A stretch of 64,000 nucleotides of DNA, taken from Camelus ferus. Its lineage: Eukaryota. Every line of letters begins with the position of its first letter. Position 1 is the stretch's first letter. Location: NCBI RefSeq assembly GCF_009834535.1, contig NC_045696.1, forward strand, positions 103,542,001 to 103,606,000. Direction: 5' to 3'. Positions 10,701 through 22,730 of this stretch are shown here, in pieces. Both the position numbers and the translations under genes were made by a program. Below the pieces are notes generated by a model that worked only from the letters and a program-made list of their open reading frames with translations, was not told where the DNA came from and ran no database searches.

Positions 10701-13700
10701 CCAAGATAGGAGATTAATTGTAAAGCGTATTCCTTACTACTCTGAAAGTCTATGAAGATGAAAACTGAGTGCTTTTAAAAAAAAGATTGCTTTTCTAAAC
10801 CATGTGGATATCCCCAAAATCAAGTGGTCAAAAAATGTACTCCTATATTCATATCTGCAAGATCTGATGAAATATTTCTACTAAGATGGGAAACCTAAAA
10901 TTAAAAAGAGCTCAACATTTATAAAATCTTTTCTTAATTGTGTTGAGTGAATGATTAGAAAAAAATGTTAACAGATGAGTGGAATAATGTAAAGATGGCA
11001 AAAGAGGAACTTTCATGTGCGCATTTCTCATGTATTTTGTTATAGCACTCAAACGTCCAATATAAAATAGCTTAAAACTTGTTTGTACTTTAATTCCAAT
11101 TTTCCTTATATCTAAATTGGTAACATTTTCTTTAAGTACTTTTTTATTTTTTGAACAAGGGCTTTCTAAAGTAAACATGGACATTTGCTCATTTTCTTTT
11201 CAGAGCATTACCCAAAGTCAGCCCGTGGCAATAATCTAAAAAAGCAACAAAGCATTTTTTTAATAGTTACCTTTCTTATCCGATGTCTACTAAACTTCTA
11301 AAGGAACACTTACAATTTTTTTCTGATCCTAAATGCTTTTACATTAGCTTCAGTTATGTAAAACAATTTTAGGCTTATTCTTTAAGCCTAGAGGACTGTC
11401 AGGCGAATATTCACCATCACATAAGTGTCCTAGGTATTAAACACTAAATAGTTGTTTACATCTCTAGAGAAAAGTGCACCGATCAGTGAGAGTTGGCTCC
11501 ATGAACTCTTCTTTTTAGGATAGCAGCTATTCAAAATTCTAAACCCTTTATACTTAAAAAAAAATTATTCTGTGTGTCATTTTGAGATACTTCTGGGAGA
11601 CTGGGAGATCATGGCAGTGAAGTATTCATTATAATTCCATGTACAATCACTTAAACTATTGCCCCACCCCCACCCCCAGCCAATGCTACCTCTAAAGGGG
11701 ATGTTTCAGAAATGAGTTTTCTGGGGATAGCACAAAGATTGATGGTGCCACTGGTGTTTGTGGGGTGGAGGCCAGGGAAGTTTGATGTCTTGTAGTGTGG
11801 GACAGTCTCACATGACGAGACAGTTCAGCATCCTGTATGACTTCTGAATATCCACTTATGCAGTAGAAAAATCTGTTTATTATCTGAAACTAGAAACTGA
11901 CTTTTTATATATAAACACAAAGTAGATTTTTGCCCAGCTTTAAAATTCACTGCAGTTTCCAAATATGCAACTAAAATGTAAATCAACTTTGGACATTTGT
12001 TTTGTTTGGAACTTTACTAGCACAATTCACCATTTTGGGGGGAAAGTCTTATCAATGGAAATACTCCTCATGTTTGAGTCCCAACAGTCTACATTGTTGC
12101 TGCCTTTGTGTAGTGATTACGCACACCACACCCCACCCCCCAACACCCCTACTGATCAGCCCACTTCATTATGTCTTCTGGTGTAATTGCGCCCAAGCAT
12201 TTACACACTGAAATACAAATAAATTAGAAATTCCTTTCATTTCTAATGTTACAAATGTTATCATTATATATTTTAATTATGTGTGGAGACATTTATGAAT
12301 TTCACTTCAGGATAAAAGGGATATATTTTTTATAAAAAGGAAGTAATGGGTTTGGTAGGGTGAGATTTACTTACACTGTCAGCTGTAATACAAGAATGCA
12401 ACTTGCATAGAAAAAAAATTAAATAGCCAAAGATGACAAACGTCTGTTTCCAATACACTAGTGAAGTAAAACTCAACATTGTTTAATCAAATGGAAAGAA
12501 AAACCTGTCCAATGCTTAACTTTTGCACTGGAACTCCTGAATGTCACACCTGTGTTCTGATGAAACAACATGAACTAAACGTCAGACGGCTGTGCAGAGG
12601 ACCTAGTGTCATCCCAGGATGGGTAGGATCAGCGCCGCTTTGTCCCAGTCCCTCCTCCTCTTCTACCCTGAGATGCTGATGTGCAGTAGAAACAGAGCTT
12701 GTTAGGTGGTGGGCCTGTGGTCTTGCTGTGTGGAAATCAACTTACTACCACCATCCTCCACATTTCATTTATATACTGTCATACTGACCAAAATAACTCA
12801 ACATTCTTACTGTCCCTCTCTTCACTGCAAAGCAAATATTTGGTTCACAATTTATAGATACAACCTTTGAAAAAGGTCAAGGAGCTGCTAAAATAGTTTA
12901 TTGCGTGAGAAACACAAATGGTCAAATGTATTTGTTTATTGTAATTAATTCTTTAAGTAGACTGAAAAGATATGGCAAAAATTTACAAGAAATCTGATTA
13001 ATAAATAGTAGTCAAATGAATGCAGACAGAATTCTAATTTTTACTTTAATTATTACATTTTTAACATTCTTTTATGTATCCACCTTCTTCCTTAGATTTA
13101 GAAAGACTCAGACTGGCAAACTCTGAAACTGTAGGAGTGAATGGTTAAGATTTTAGTTTTTTAAATGCATAGCAGTAGCCTCTATTATAGAAAAATTCAA
13201 AATGGACTTGCAGTCCATAAATTGTTCCAAGATAACCTCAACTGAATGTGAATCAGTTTGATAAAATTTAAGTATTTTTTCAAACTTATGTTTCCAGGTA
13301 ATAAAGTTTTATTATTATCAGTGAAAGAGTATATGAATATTTTTAAAAAGTAAACAAAAGCATTTACTTGACAAATTAGTTTATTAATAACTCTACGGCT
13401 GTGCATAAAATTGCAATAATGATCATTCAAATGAGGTAAACAGAATAAGCCATTTATTAGAACACTGTGTGATAAAATAAACTTTTTCACCCAATACTAC
13501 AATGGTAAACATTTTCCCCTCATTAACATTCCACCTAAAACAGTTAAATTACAACCCAATCGGACCAGAACTTGAAAATACTCCTCATTTACTATTCAAT
13601 GATTGAATGGTGAGGCGAATGCAGATCTGTTTTCTTGATAAGTCAAAGGTAGAAGATGATAACCTAAGAGACAACAGAAACCCCACACACTCAAAGGTTA

Positions 13701-13828
13701 AATTTTATTCACTGGTCCAAACTTAAAATTCTCATTGTATCAAAAAAGGTTTCATGAATCATCCCCTTCCCTGCCAAAAATAAATATCAGGAACAGATTA
13801 AGGATAAGAATTGAGTTTTAAACTGCAC

Positions 13829-13834
13829 TTTATT
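13829..13834 (-). terminator. Candidate RNF7 polyadenylation signal AATAAA (another at 13709-13704)
   Basis: Plus-strand TTTATT about 410 nt past the RNF7 stop, in an AT-rich 3' UTR. Confidence 0.5.
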
Positions 13835-14242
13835 TGTTAGTATAAGGTTGTCATTTTTTAAACTGAACCACCATAAGCATGCAAAAAGTTCTGTTCTGAA
13901 CAGAACTGCTTCCACAGCCCCTTGGATATGAGTACATAGATTATAAAGGTCGTTCAATTTTTAGTCCTCTCCTTTTTAGCACTTCTAAGCAGTGTGTGAG
14001 ACACATACCACAGAGGTAGGAAAGACCATCTTTAATAAATTATCTTCTTAATTGTAGAGAATTTCTGAAAATAAAACTGAAAAAGGCTAAACCATGCCTT
14101 TGATGAGTCCTAGAAGACCACAGATCCATCTCCTCCTAATCGAAGAATTAGTCCCCTGGAGAGTTCCAGCCTTTGTAGGGCACTTGATAGCAAGAACCCC
14201 CAGGTCTCTGAACAACTGCACGAAGAGAACCTTCCACCGCTC

Positions 14243-14361
14243 TCACTTGCCGATTCTCTGGACCACCCAGTCCTGCTGGCAGAGAGGGCAGCGATTGTTC
14301 TGTTTCACCCACAGGGACATGCAACAGTTGTGGAAGGAATGGTTACATTCTCCCCAGACCA
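14243..14361 (-). CDS. RNF7: RNF7 coding exon 3
   Basis: Acceptor tttcag|TGGTC; encodes [41 protein letters not shown] at 14245-14243. Confidence 0.97.
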
Positions 14362-17300
14362 CTGAAAGAAGGAAAAAGAGTATTTGACATTACACATTTC
14401 AACGTAAATGGCTGAACTCAAAATTCTAGCTTACTATTATGTAATAATTATGGTTCATAATCTTGAATAAAGATGGTTAATTAGTCAAAATAATTTTTTC
14501 TTGCTTTAAAGAAATAGAAACTTACATTTGTAAATTACACTTAAGAAATGAGATAAGGCACTGTGGGAACTTTCCAGCACTGTTTAGAATCTGTGGGTGA
14601 TGTGGTGGCCCCGAGTTCTTACATAGTTCCACATGCTGCCTTTCTTAAGTTAGGAGATTAAAAGACTTGAGTCTTCCTTTGATCCCAGACCATCTCAGTC
14701 ACGCAATAACCTTGGAGACCTTTTAGGGTTTATTTTATTGAAAAACATCCTCCTGATTTTTATTTACCAAGATAATGACTTTTAAATGTTTTCAGCTCAT
14801 AATAGGCTATTATATAAATAGATGACATGCTTCTAAACATTATTAGTTGTACATCTACTGAGTTGTTTTCTAGAAGTGCTGATGAACTGTGTTAAGTCAT
14901 CCATAAGCAGTGTAATTGTACATGTGACAAGCAGAATGGAACTTTCAAAGTGGCTGGCTTTGAAAGAGAGGTCTCACTCAAGAGAAGAGGGGTCTCTCTG
15001 TGATCAAAGAAAGCTGGTCTATAGCTCACAATTCCCAAATTAATATTTTTTTAAAACAAACAGCAAGAAAGAAAAATTTTAAACCAAGGGAAATCACCCA
15101 CAATCTGGAATACAATCTCAAACATGGGCTTCATTTGTCCCTTACTTGACCAACTGAGCTTTAAGAGAACAACGATAGAAATAGGGGAAAAGAAAAAAAA
15201 AGAAAGAAAAAAGGAAAAAAACACCCTTCTTATGAAAATTGGCTGTGGGGGTAGGAAGCAATGGGGGCTCATTTTAAATCTTCCTGGAGGAAGAAACAGG
15301 ATTTGATCAAAACTACATAAATCATTAAGAAGCTGTATGTAAACCACACAAGTACAAAGTTACCCTTTTATTCCAGGAAAACCTTTAAACACTTTTATAT
15401 AGTAATCTAGAGCTGATGACCTCAAGAACTAGGACATAAAAACCTTTGAATTGCTTAAAATATTTACCTTAAGACAACTTTTATAGTCCAGCCTGTAAGT
15501 AAACTTTAATAGATTTCTATCTGTAAACTACATTCCAAGAAAAAACTTGCAATTTAGTATTGTTTCTACTTTAGTACAAAAATTAAATACTGGATCATAG
15601 AAGGGTATTGAACATTGAAATGCTTTGTTAGAATAGTCTTAACTGATGAAAAACTGACCTGTAACATACTCAAAATTTAAAGAATGTTCTGGCAAATTCC
15701 TTATTTTATAATTTTCTTAAGACTTATTTCCTTCTTTGATTATCAGAATGTTTACCACACCTATGTCTAGAATATATAACCAATTCTTCTTACAAGTAAT
15801 TAAAGGACTTGGAGATTAACTCCATTAAAGCCTTTTGACAACCAATACATTTTATATTAATAATGGATCACTGCTTTACATTTATTTTTGTGTATTGATA
15901 AAGTCAATCTTAATTGCAAATGCAAACATCCCCACTGAGAGAAAGCCTTTAGTTGAAAAAGCAAGAGAACAAAATTACAACATACCAACACAATCCTCTT
16001 GTTTGTTTTCAGCTTGACATCTAAGACAGGCATCTAAAAGTAAACAAATAGCAATTCTCATTTTGATGCTCAGAATGCAATTTTTAAAGCCCATACACTT
16101 CAAAGTCAAACAAAGGCCCAAAGGGTTAGAGATGTAGATGAAAAGACTCATACTATTAATTTCTCATCCGAACATAACTGCTCAAAGATAAATAAAGTAT
16201 CAGGCACTCTACTAATTTACTTATGACCAGAAGCCAATTTCACAAAGGTTACTGACCCTGTATTTTTATATCCTTGGATGAAAAGATGGCCTGACAGTGG
16301 ATGTTACCACCAGAGAAAAATTCGCTATACTCCATTGTATCAGAAGTTGTTACAAGCTCACTGGGCATGTTCACACAGGTCAACCTTATGGGTAGTTTAT
16401 TTTCAAGACACTCTTTTAAATAAGCCATGCATATATACTGGTGTTTGCTTATACATACATACAACCTCTATAAGGATACCAAAAAACTAATAATAAAATT
16501 TACCCAGGAGGGGATGAAATGGAAAGGAGTATACTTTCTCAGATTTTTAAATTATGTGACTGTATAATCTACATAAAAATTAAATGTAAGAAACTCTAAA
16601 CACTAGGTTCTCTCTCTCTTTCTTATTTTCAGGAAATGCTCCCTTTACAAATAAGTCTGAGCTCAAAGCATTTACCCAACAACGGTAAAGTACTTTAATA
16701 AACTACTTGGGAGTTAACAGTAGGAATGGGAACCAAAAGGGTATACTGGAAGTTTTCAAAATTCAATCTATACTACTATTTGTTTGATGAAGGAGGTAAT
16801 ACAGAATATTTTAGGAACCAATGAAATAGATTCATTCACTTGCTGGAAGGAGTCAAAGCTGGGTAAAAGGAAGTTCAAACTAACAGAAAAAAGAAGTTTT
16901 TAACATAAATTGGAGAAAAATAATTCTGTAAAAATAGAAATGGTGGAGTTGAAGCCTGCTTCTCTTCTTACACTGGATTGTGCACAGGCATTTGTTTGCT
17001 CCTCTCTGCATGCTCTCACCCTTAAAAAAAACACACCACCCTGGCCTCTTCAGTGTGGATTAAAAACAACCACTGCCTCCTGAGGCTTTCTTCAATTCCA
17101 CAATTACTGAATATCTACTCTGTGCAGAGTTATGCACTGGGGACACCAAAATGACTGAGTCTGGGTCCCTGGTCCCAAGAGCAAACGGGGAGGGAGACAG
17201 GCAAACTACTAACAATCATAAGGATGATGATGTAAGCGTGAAGACATGGCTCTGGTTCTGGGCAATCACAGAATTAGAGTTCATGGAGCCCAGCTGCCTC

Positions 17301-19732
17301 TTTTACAAATTAGAAACACAAGGCTCCAAAAGGTTATGTCAAATGTCCAAGCTAACATGCAGCTGTGGACGGCTACGCCGGCTCTCTATCACACGACAGT
17401 TCAGCCAACTTACTCCCCTCCCCGCGTCCTCATCAGTGCTTGCTCGCCATCTGCTCCTTTCAGAATGAAGGGAGAAGAGTGAGCTGACAGGCAAATCTTA
17501 GATCAAGAAGTCATAACAAATTATGTAAGTGTATGAGATGAGTTTCAAATATTGAGGAAATGGGATTACATGGGCTCTTTGTAGAATCTAGAAATCTCTG
17601 AATTATGCTCATATCTTTTAGATTCATTATCAAAAACTGACCTAAATGGATAAAAAATCCCTAAAGTTTCATATAAAAGAAAACATTTTCTTTTAATGAT
17701 GTTCCAATTATCTACAACAGCATATTTCTAAGGAGTACAATAATAGTAATATCTTTTAGAATGATGCTAGGGTATGGACTGGGAAGTCTAAAAAACAAAC
17801 TTCCTTCTGCTGTCACCTGACCACTAAGTGGATTTTAACACCTCATAAACAAAATACAGAGGTCTAGTTCAGAATACTTTCCTGAACCAAAGTACAGCTG
17901 TTGTAAATCTGCAACATTAATCCACAGTAGAAGAATACTTGCTATAATTAGAAAGTTAATGTGAATGTGTCATTTATAGCCCATACTTTGACTTACTTGA
18001 AATAGCCCAGTAAGGTTTATTTGTTTCAAAATCTCAATCATTATTTTAAATTCTGCATTTCTACTTACTATTTAAAAATTTTTATTTGGGGAGAAAGAAA
18101 AAATGCCCTTTTAGGAATTTTTTTTTTTTTAACTAAGGGAAATCTAGGGGATAAAATTTTTTAACAGTTTGTTTTACAAAAGAACAGAAGTTGCCACTCA
18201 AACTAGAAACTATGATCCTAGCTTTTAAGCAAGGGGTAGGGTAAGGGGACTGTATAGCAAGCCAATAAAGTTAGGTACTTTTAAAGCCTAATCTGCAAAT
18301 AAGTGCAGTCATGCCTTATAAGTTGGCCATGTCTGAAATCAAATTCTTTTAAGAGTGAAAAATAAAAAATATTTGAATCCCATTGTTATAAATTCTCTTT
18401 AAAATAAGTCCTTATGAATGAAAAGAGCATACTACAGAGAGGGTAAATTAAGAAATCTCTTGATTCTGGCAGGTTTGCATTTTCATTCTTCAAGAAGGGA
18501 GAGCAATTTTTAAGTTATTTTTTCCAATTCTCTCACTTTTCAGTGCCAGACGTAAAGTTTTCAAACTATATAAACCTCAGTGTTCTCTAACTACCCTCAA
18601 GAACAACATTTGAGATGCTGAGAGTAGTTTTAAATGCCCTATTTAAAAACATAATGTACATTTAAACAGCACTTCTTTTCCAAGGTGGTCTGAGATCTTA
18701 AGACAGAAACCATATAAAACATAATGGGATGAAGCTGTTCTGAAAAGTTTCACTTGGTCCAATATTTTTATTAAAATAAAAAATCATAGAAGTAAGACTT
18801 ATTTATTTGTAAAAGAGGGTTCTTCAGAAAGGTCTGACTTCAGGGCACTATCTTTTCCAGGAAATGGCATCTATGACATGGAGAGGCCAGGAAGGAGATG
18901 AAGTTTTATGTTTCACAATCAAGGGTTTACATTCTTCCCCTTCAAGCCGAGCGACTGCCACCTGACCAGTCTTGAATCATCCAGATTTAAAAGCCAGCAG
19001 AACAACAGTAGCTAATCCAGAAAGGACACTGCTAGGAACACTTCTTCCCTGCACCTCTCCAGAGCACGACTAAGGGCCGTTTTGGTGGACGATGATTCCA
19101 GAGCATCACCAGAACCATCACAGTGACCCGCTGACTCAGGGTCTTGACCCTGACCTCCCTGCTGTTTGCTTTTAGAAAAGGGTGCCGGGGCTGGTCACAC
19201 AAACCGAAGTGGTTCCTCCCCGCTCCCATCAAATCTACTTTTATTATCTTGTTCGCACCCATTACTACTTGAAATTTCCTTGGTTAACTGCCCTGCTTAC
19301 CACCCGTTTCTCTCCCCAAAATAACAGTCTCCGGCGCTGGACGCCTGCTAAAAGACCCCAGGGCCCCAAGGCGGCGGCCGCAGCCCTCCAACCAGCTGCA
19401 ACACCGGCGTAACCGCCGGTTCCCCAGGCGCCGAGGCAGGGCAACCCCGCCCCGACTCGCCCGGGAACAGTCTCTCCGAGGCTTGGTCCGTTCCCCAAGC
19501 CCGGAGCCGGGCCCTCGGAGGCCGCAGCGCGGCCGGGGCCTCGCGTGCAGCGCTTACCCATCACCTGGACCCTGCAGATGGCGCATGTATCGCACTCCAC
19601 GTCCCAGCTCCACATGGCCACCGCGTTCCACTTCTTGAGAGAGAACATTTTGTCTCCCCCCGACTTGGATCCTGAGCTCCCGGAGTGAGAGGACAGGGCG
19701 CACGGCTCCTCGCCGTCTTCCACGTCGGCCAT
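14243..19732 (-). CDS. RNF7: RING-box protein 2 (RBX2/SAG/ROC2), RING-H2 subunit of cullin-RING E3 ligases; 3 coding exons, 113 aa
   Basis: Exons 19732-19558 (175 bp), 16033-15986 (48 bp) and 14361-14243 (119 bp) sum to 342 bp with GT-AG junctions. Translation [113 protein letters not shown] is the recognisable RBX2 sequence. Confidence 0.98.
15986..16033 (-). CDS. RNF7: RNF7 coding exon 2 (48 bp)
   Basis: Acceptor tttag|ATGCC and donor GTTG|gtatg; encodes (D)[15 protein letters not shown]. Confidence 0.96.
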
Positions 19733-20080
19733 GGCGGCGGCGCGGGGCCGGCGGCGGAGACGTTGGGTCGCGGGAGGCGGGCGGCTATGGCGGCTATGGC
19801 GGCTCCGTGGGGCCGTCTGACGTGCCACAGCGCCGCCCGCAGGCCGCGGGCCATCGCAGGGCCTACGACGGGGGCCGCCGGCGATTGGCTGACGCGGCCC
19901 AGTGACGTCACCTTACGCCCGCGCCCTCTGCATCCCGGCCTCCCCGCGCCCTCGCGCCCCCCTCAACCCCGCGCCTCCGGGGTTGGCCAAGCACGAGGGC
20001 CGAGGCCTCGGGGTCCACTCCATGACGAGGGCTGGGCGCCTTTCGGTGCGAGGCTATACTGTGCAGGAAGCACGTGTCCT
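19330..20080. promoter_or_regulatory. CpG island / RNF7 promoter
   Basis: Sharp rise in GC and CpG content around RNF7 exon 1. Contains a full CRE TGACGTCA (19903-19910), a CCAAT box (ATTGG 19884-19888) and TGACGTG (19818-19824). Confidence 0.9.
19558..19732 (-). CDS. RNF7: RNF7 coding exon 1
   Basis: ATG in strong Kozak context (GCCGCCATGG) at 19732; donor G|GTAAGC after ...VQVM, phase 1. Confidence 0.97.
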
Positions 20081-20275
20081 GCTTTATGCCTTTGTGACAC
20101 TTACTACTCTCGAAGTTGTCTTGATATTTGTTTGCCTCATTCCTCCCAAATGTAAACGCCGTCGGAGCAGGGACCCTGTGTGATTTGTCCTTGGTATGTA
20201 AAAATGCCCGGCCTCAGGAGGGGCAGTTACTTGTTGAGTGAATGAATGACTTTGGGACCTTATAGAAGTCTGGTT

Positions 20276-20658
20276 CAGAGGTTCTCAAAAGTTTTTGGTC
20301 TCAGGACCCCTTTACACTTAAAGATTATTAAGACATTTTGTTTTCGAAGGATGGAGATATATATATGTATATATATATGAAATATGTGTGTGTACATATA
20401 TACATACACACATGTATTTACTTTTTAAGAAAACTGGAAAAAATTTAAATGTATTAATTAACTTAAAAATAACTGATAAACTCATTCATTACAAGTTATT
20501 AGAACAAAGCTATCACATACTGTGTAGGTTCTGTAAAACTCCACAGTACACTCACGAGAGAGTGAAAAGCTGTGAATGTTGTTATGCAAATAGTTTTGAC
20601 CTTGTCCGTCCCCTGAAAAGTTACCGGGAACCCTGGGGACCACAGTCTGAGAACTCTG
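20276..20658. mobile_element. hAT-Charlie MITE (MER119-like)
   Basis: Terminal inverted repeats CAGAGGTTCTCA ... TGAGAACTCTG, with internal GGTCTCAGGACCCCTTTACAC. Confidence 0.65.
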
Positions 20659-22565
20659 ATATAGTTTAACCTCCTTGTATATGTAGGAGTAATGAGGTCC
20701 AGAAAAGTGAGTAACTTAAAGAGCCCACTGCTGGTCGGTAAAGGTGACAGTTTTGAAACCCAAGTTCTGTTGCTAGCCTAGGGTCATATTATTTTTTCCC
20801 AAGCAAAGCAGACAACATCTCCATTTAAAAGATAAGAAAGCTGAGGCACAGAGAGCCTAAGAAGATGGCTGGTTACCACTACCACCTAGTGGTGGACACC
20901 TGCTGTGTCAGATTTGGGGTTCAAAGCCTCGCACCTCTTCTTACTGGGCCTCCTCATCCCCTTATATTCCTGGTGTCTGGCCTTGTGCCTGGATCAGGGC
21001 TAACCAAACTCCAGAAATCTGGCAGGGGAGCCAAGTATGCATACATACGTAAAATATAAATGTGGACACGGGGTCACATTTGGCTAGATGCTAATGTGTG
21101 CTGTTTGTTGAGTGGTGTGTTAAGTGCTGTGAGGGACAGAAACATTCCTCAGGACTGATGTAGTGAGGAAAAGCCTCATGGAAGAGGTGAAGTTTGAACT
21201 GGGGGAGATGGGAGGTCTTGGAGGCCAGGAAGTGGGTGGAGATATCTTGCTGTAGAGGTCTTAAGTCTTTTTTTTTCTTTTTTCTGTTTTTCTTGTTTAG
21301 CGGTTCTAAGTGAAATAACTGAAATGACTCCATTCTAATGTCAACAATAATACCAGCCACTAATATTTACTTTTGAAAACGTACTGTGAAACAGGTCTTG
21401 TCCTAAAATGCTTGACATGTGTCACCTTATCCAGTGCTCACCAAATGAGATAGGTGCTGTTCTTACCTGTATCCTACATAAGGAGAAACTGAGGCATAGT
21501 AAGGTTAACTGACTTGCCCAAGGTCACATGGAAAGCAGCAGGCTGCCACAGAGAATTCTGGTTCATCTAATTGCCCAGTCCATGCCTTTCATCCCTGTAC
21601 CATATTCAACTTAACTAATCCAATTTATCATCCATGAATTGATCAGCGACACCTCTTCCATTTCCCATGGAGCTGTCTGAAATCTTAGTAAAGGTAGGGA
21701 GTCGAGTCATCAGAAGTTTGTTCATTTGGGGAAGATCCCCATTTTTAGGGATGCTATCTTTTAGAAAGTGGTTATTTCCCCAAATTCCTGTTGTTCCCAA
21801 CTATAGATAATTTGGGAAAGAAGATTCTTTCTCTCTTAGATAAAGATCATGACTTTTTTCAAATTAAAAATTTCACATGCACAAGAGAAGAAGCCCCAGA
21901 GAAGGACCCCACTGATTTTTACTAAGGCCTACTTGTGAAATCCGCATTTTAGAAAATGACAAGCCTGATAGGACTAGTAGTACTTTGAACTTTCATAAAA
22001 TAGTCTTAATCAAATTTTAGAACTTGAAAGGGGCTTGGTTACAGTGAAAAGTATTATCATAGAACAATGAATATCTTTCCAGGCATGTCTGGCTGGCCAT
22101 GGAAGTAGATAGAATCCATATGGAGATATGGCATCCATATTCAGTTTTTAGCCTGTGAAAAGATGAACAGGAAATCATAAATAGAAAAAAAGAAAAAGAA
22201 GTTCAGCTTCATATGATAGAGAGTAAGCATGTGTAAATCATAACCCCCTAAGAGGCAGTACAGCTTTATAAAGAGTTGAGGTAGGTAAATTCACCATCTT
22301 AGATCCATAGATAGGCTAACCAGAACCAGGGTGTGTGTGTGTGTTGGGGTTGCGGTGCGGAGGTGTGAGGAGAGAAGGTATGGTTTCCACTAATGTTTGC
22401 GAGAACTATCTTGTTCTCTGTGGTCTTTTGGTACAATCACCATCCATGAGAATGGAATGATGCTTTAGGGGAATGTTACCCAGATCTGAATGCTGGTGAT
22501 CTTATCAAGTGCGAAATGTGTCAGTCAAGGCACCACTGACCCCAGCCTAGTGCCCAGGCTCCAAA

Positions 22566-22582
22566 CAGCGCCCCCTGGTGGC
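22566..22582 (-). promoter_or_regulatory. CTCF binding motif
   Basis: Minus strand reads GCCACCAGGGGGCGCTG, which matches the CTCF core consensus CCAC/GCAGG/AGGGCGC. Confidence 0.8.
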
Positions 22583-22584
22583 TA

Positions 22585-22730
22585 CTACTCACCAGCACAG
22601 GTATCTAACAGCATACTTTTTTCCTTCTTTTTACGAGTAATACTAGATTTCTTGCTGTTTTCCCAAATAGATCTGAAGGTGTCTGAAGAGATCTGGGGAG
22701 TGACTGTAATTTTTAAGACTGGCAGTTTAC
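22585..22730 (-). CDS. LRR gene coding exon 9
   Basis: ttcttctcccctcag|GT; encodes (G)[47 protein letters not shown] with tandem TAG TAG. The exact 3' end is uncertain because possible donors lie just before the stop. Confidence 0.75.

Noticed and set aside
10259..10755. ORFs with HTHT/CVCV repeats
   Set aside because: These are translations of a (TG)n microsatellite inside an L1 3' fragment.
19265..19828. 187-aa ORF overlapping RNF7 exon 1
   Set aside because: It starts at a non-ATG codon and reads through the exon 1 donor into the intron. The real CDS starts at ATG 19732.
19685..20183. Plus-strand ORFs of 156 and 93 aa across the CpG island
   Set aside because: GC-rich, stop-poor sequence; low-complexity Arg/Pro/Ala translation with no recognisable domain.
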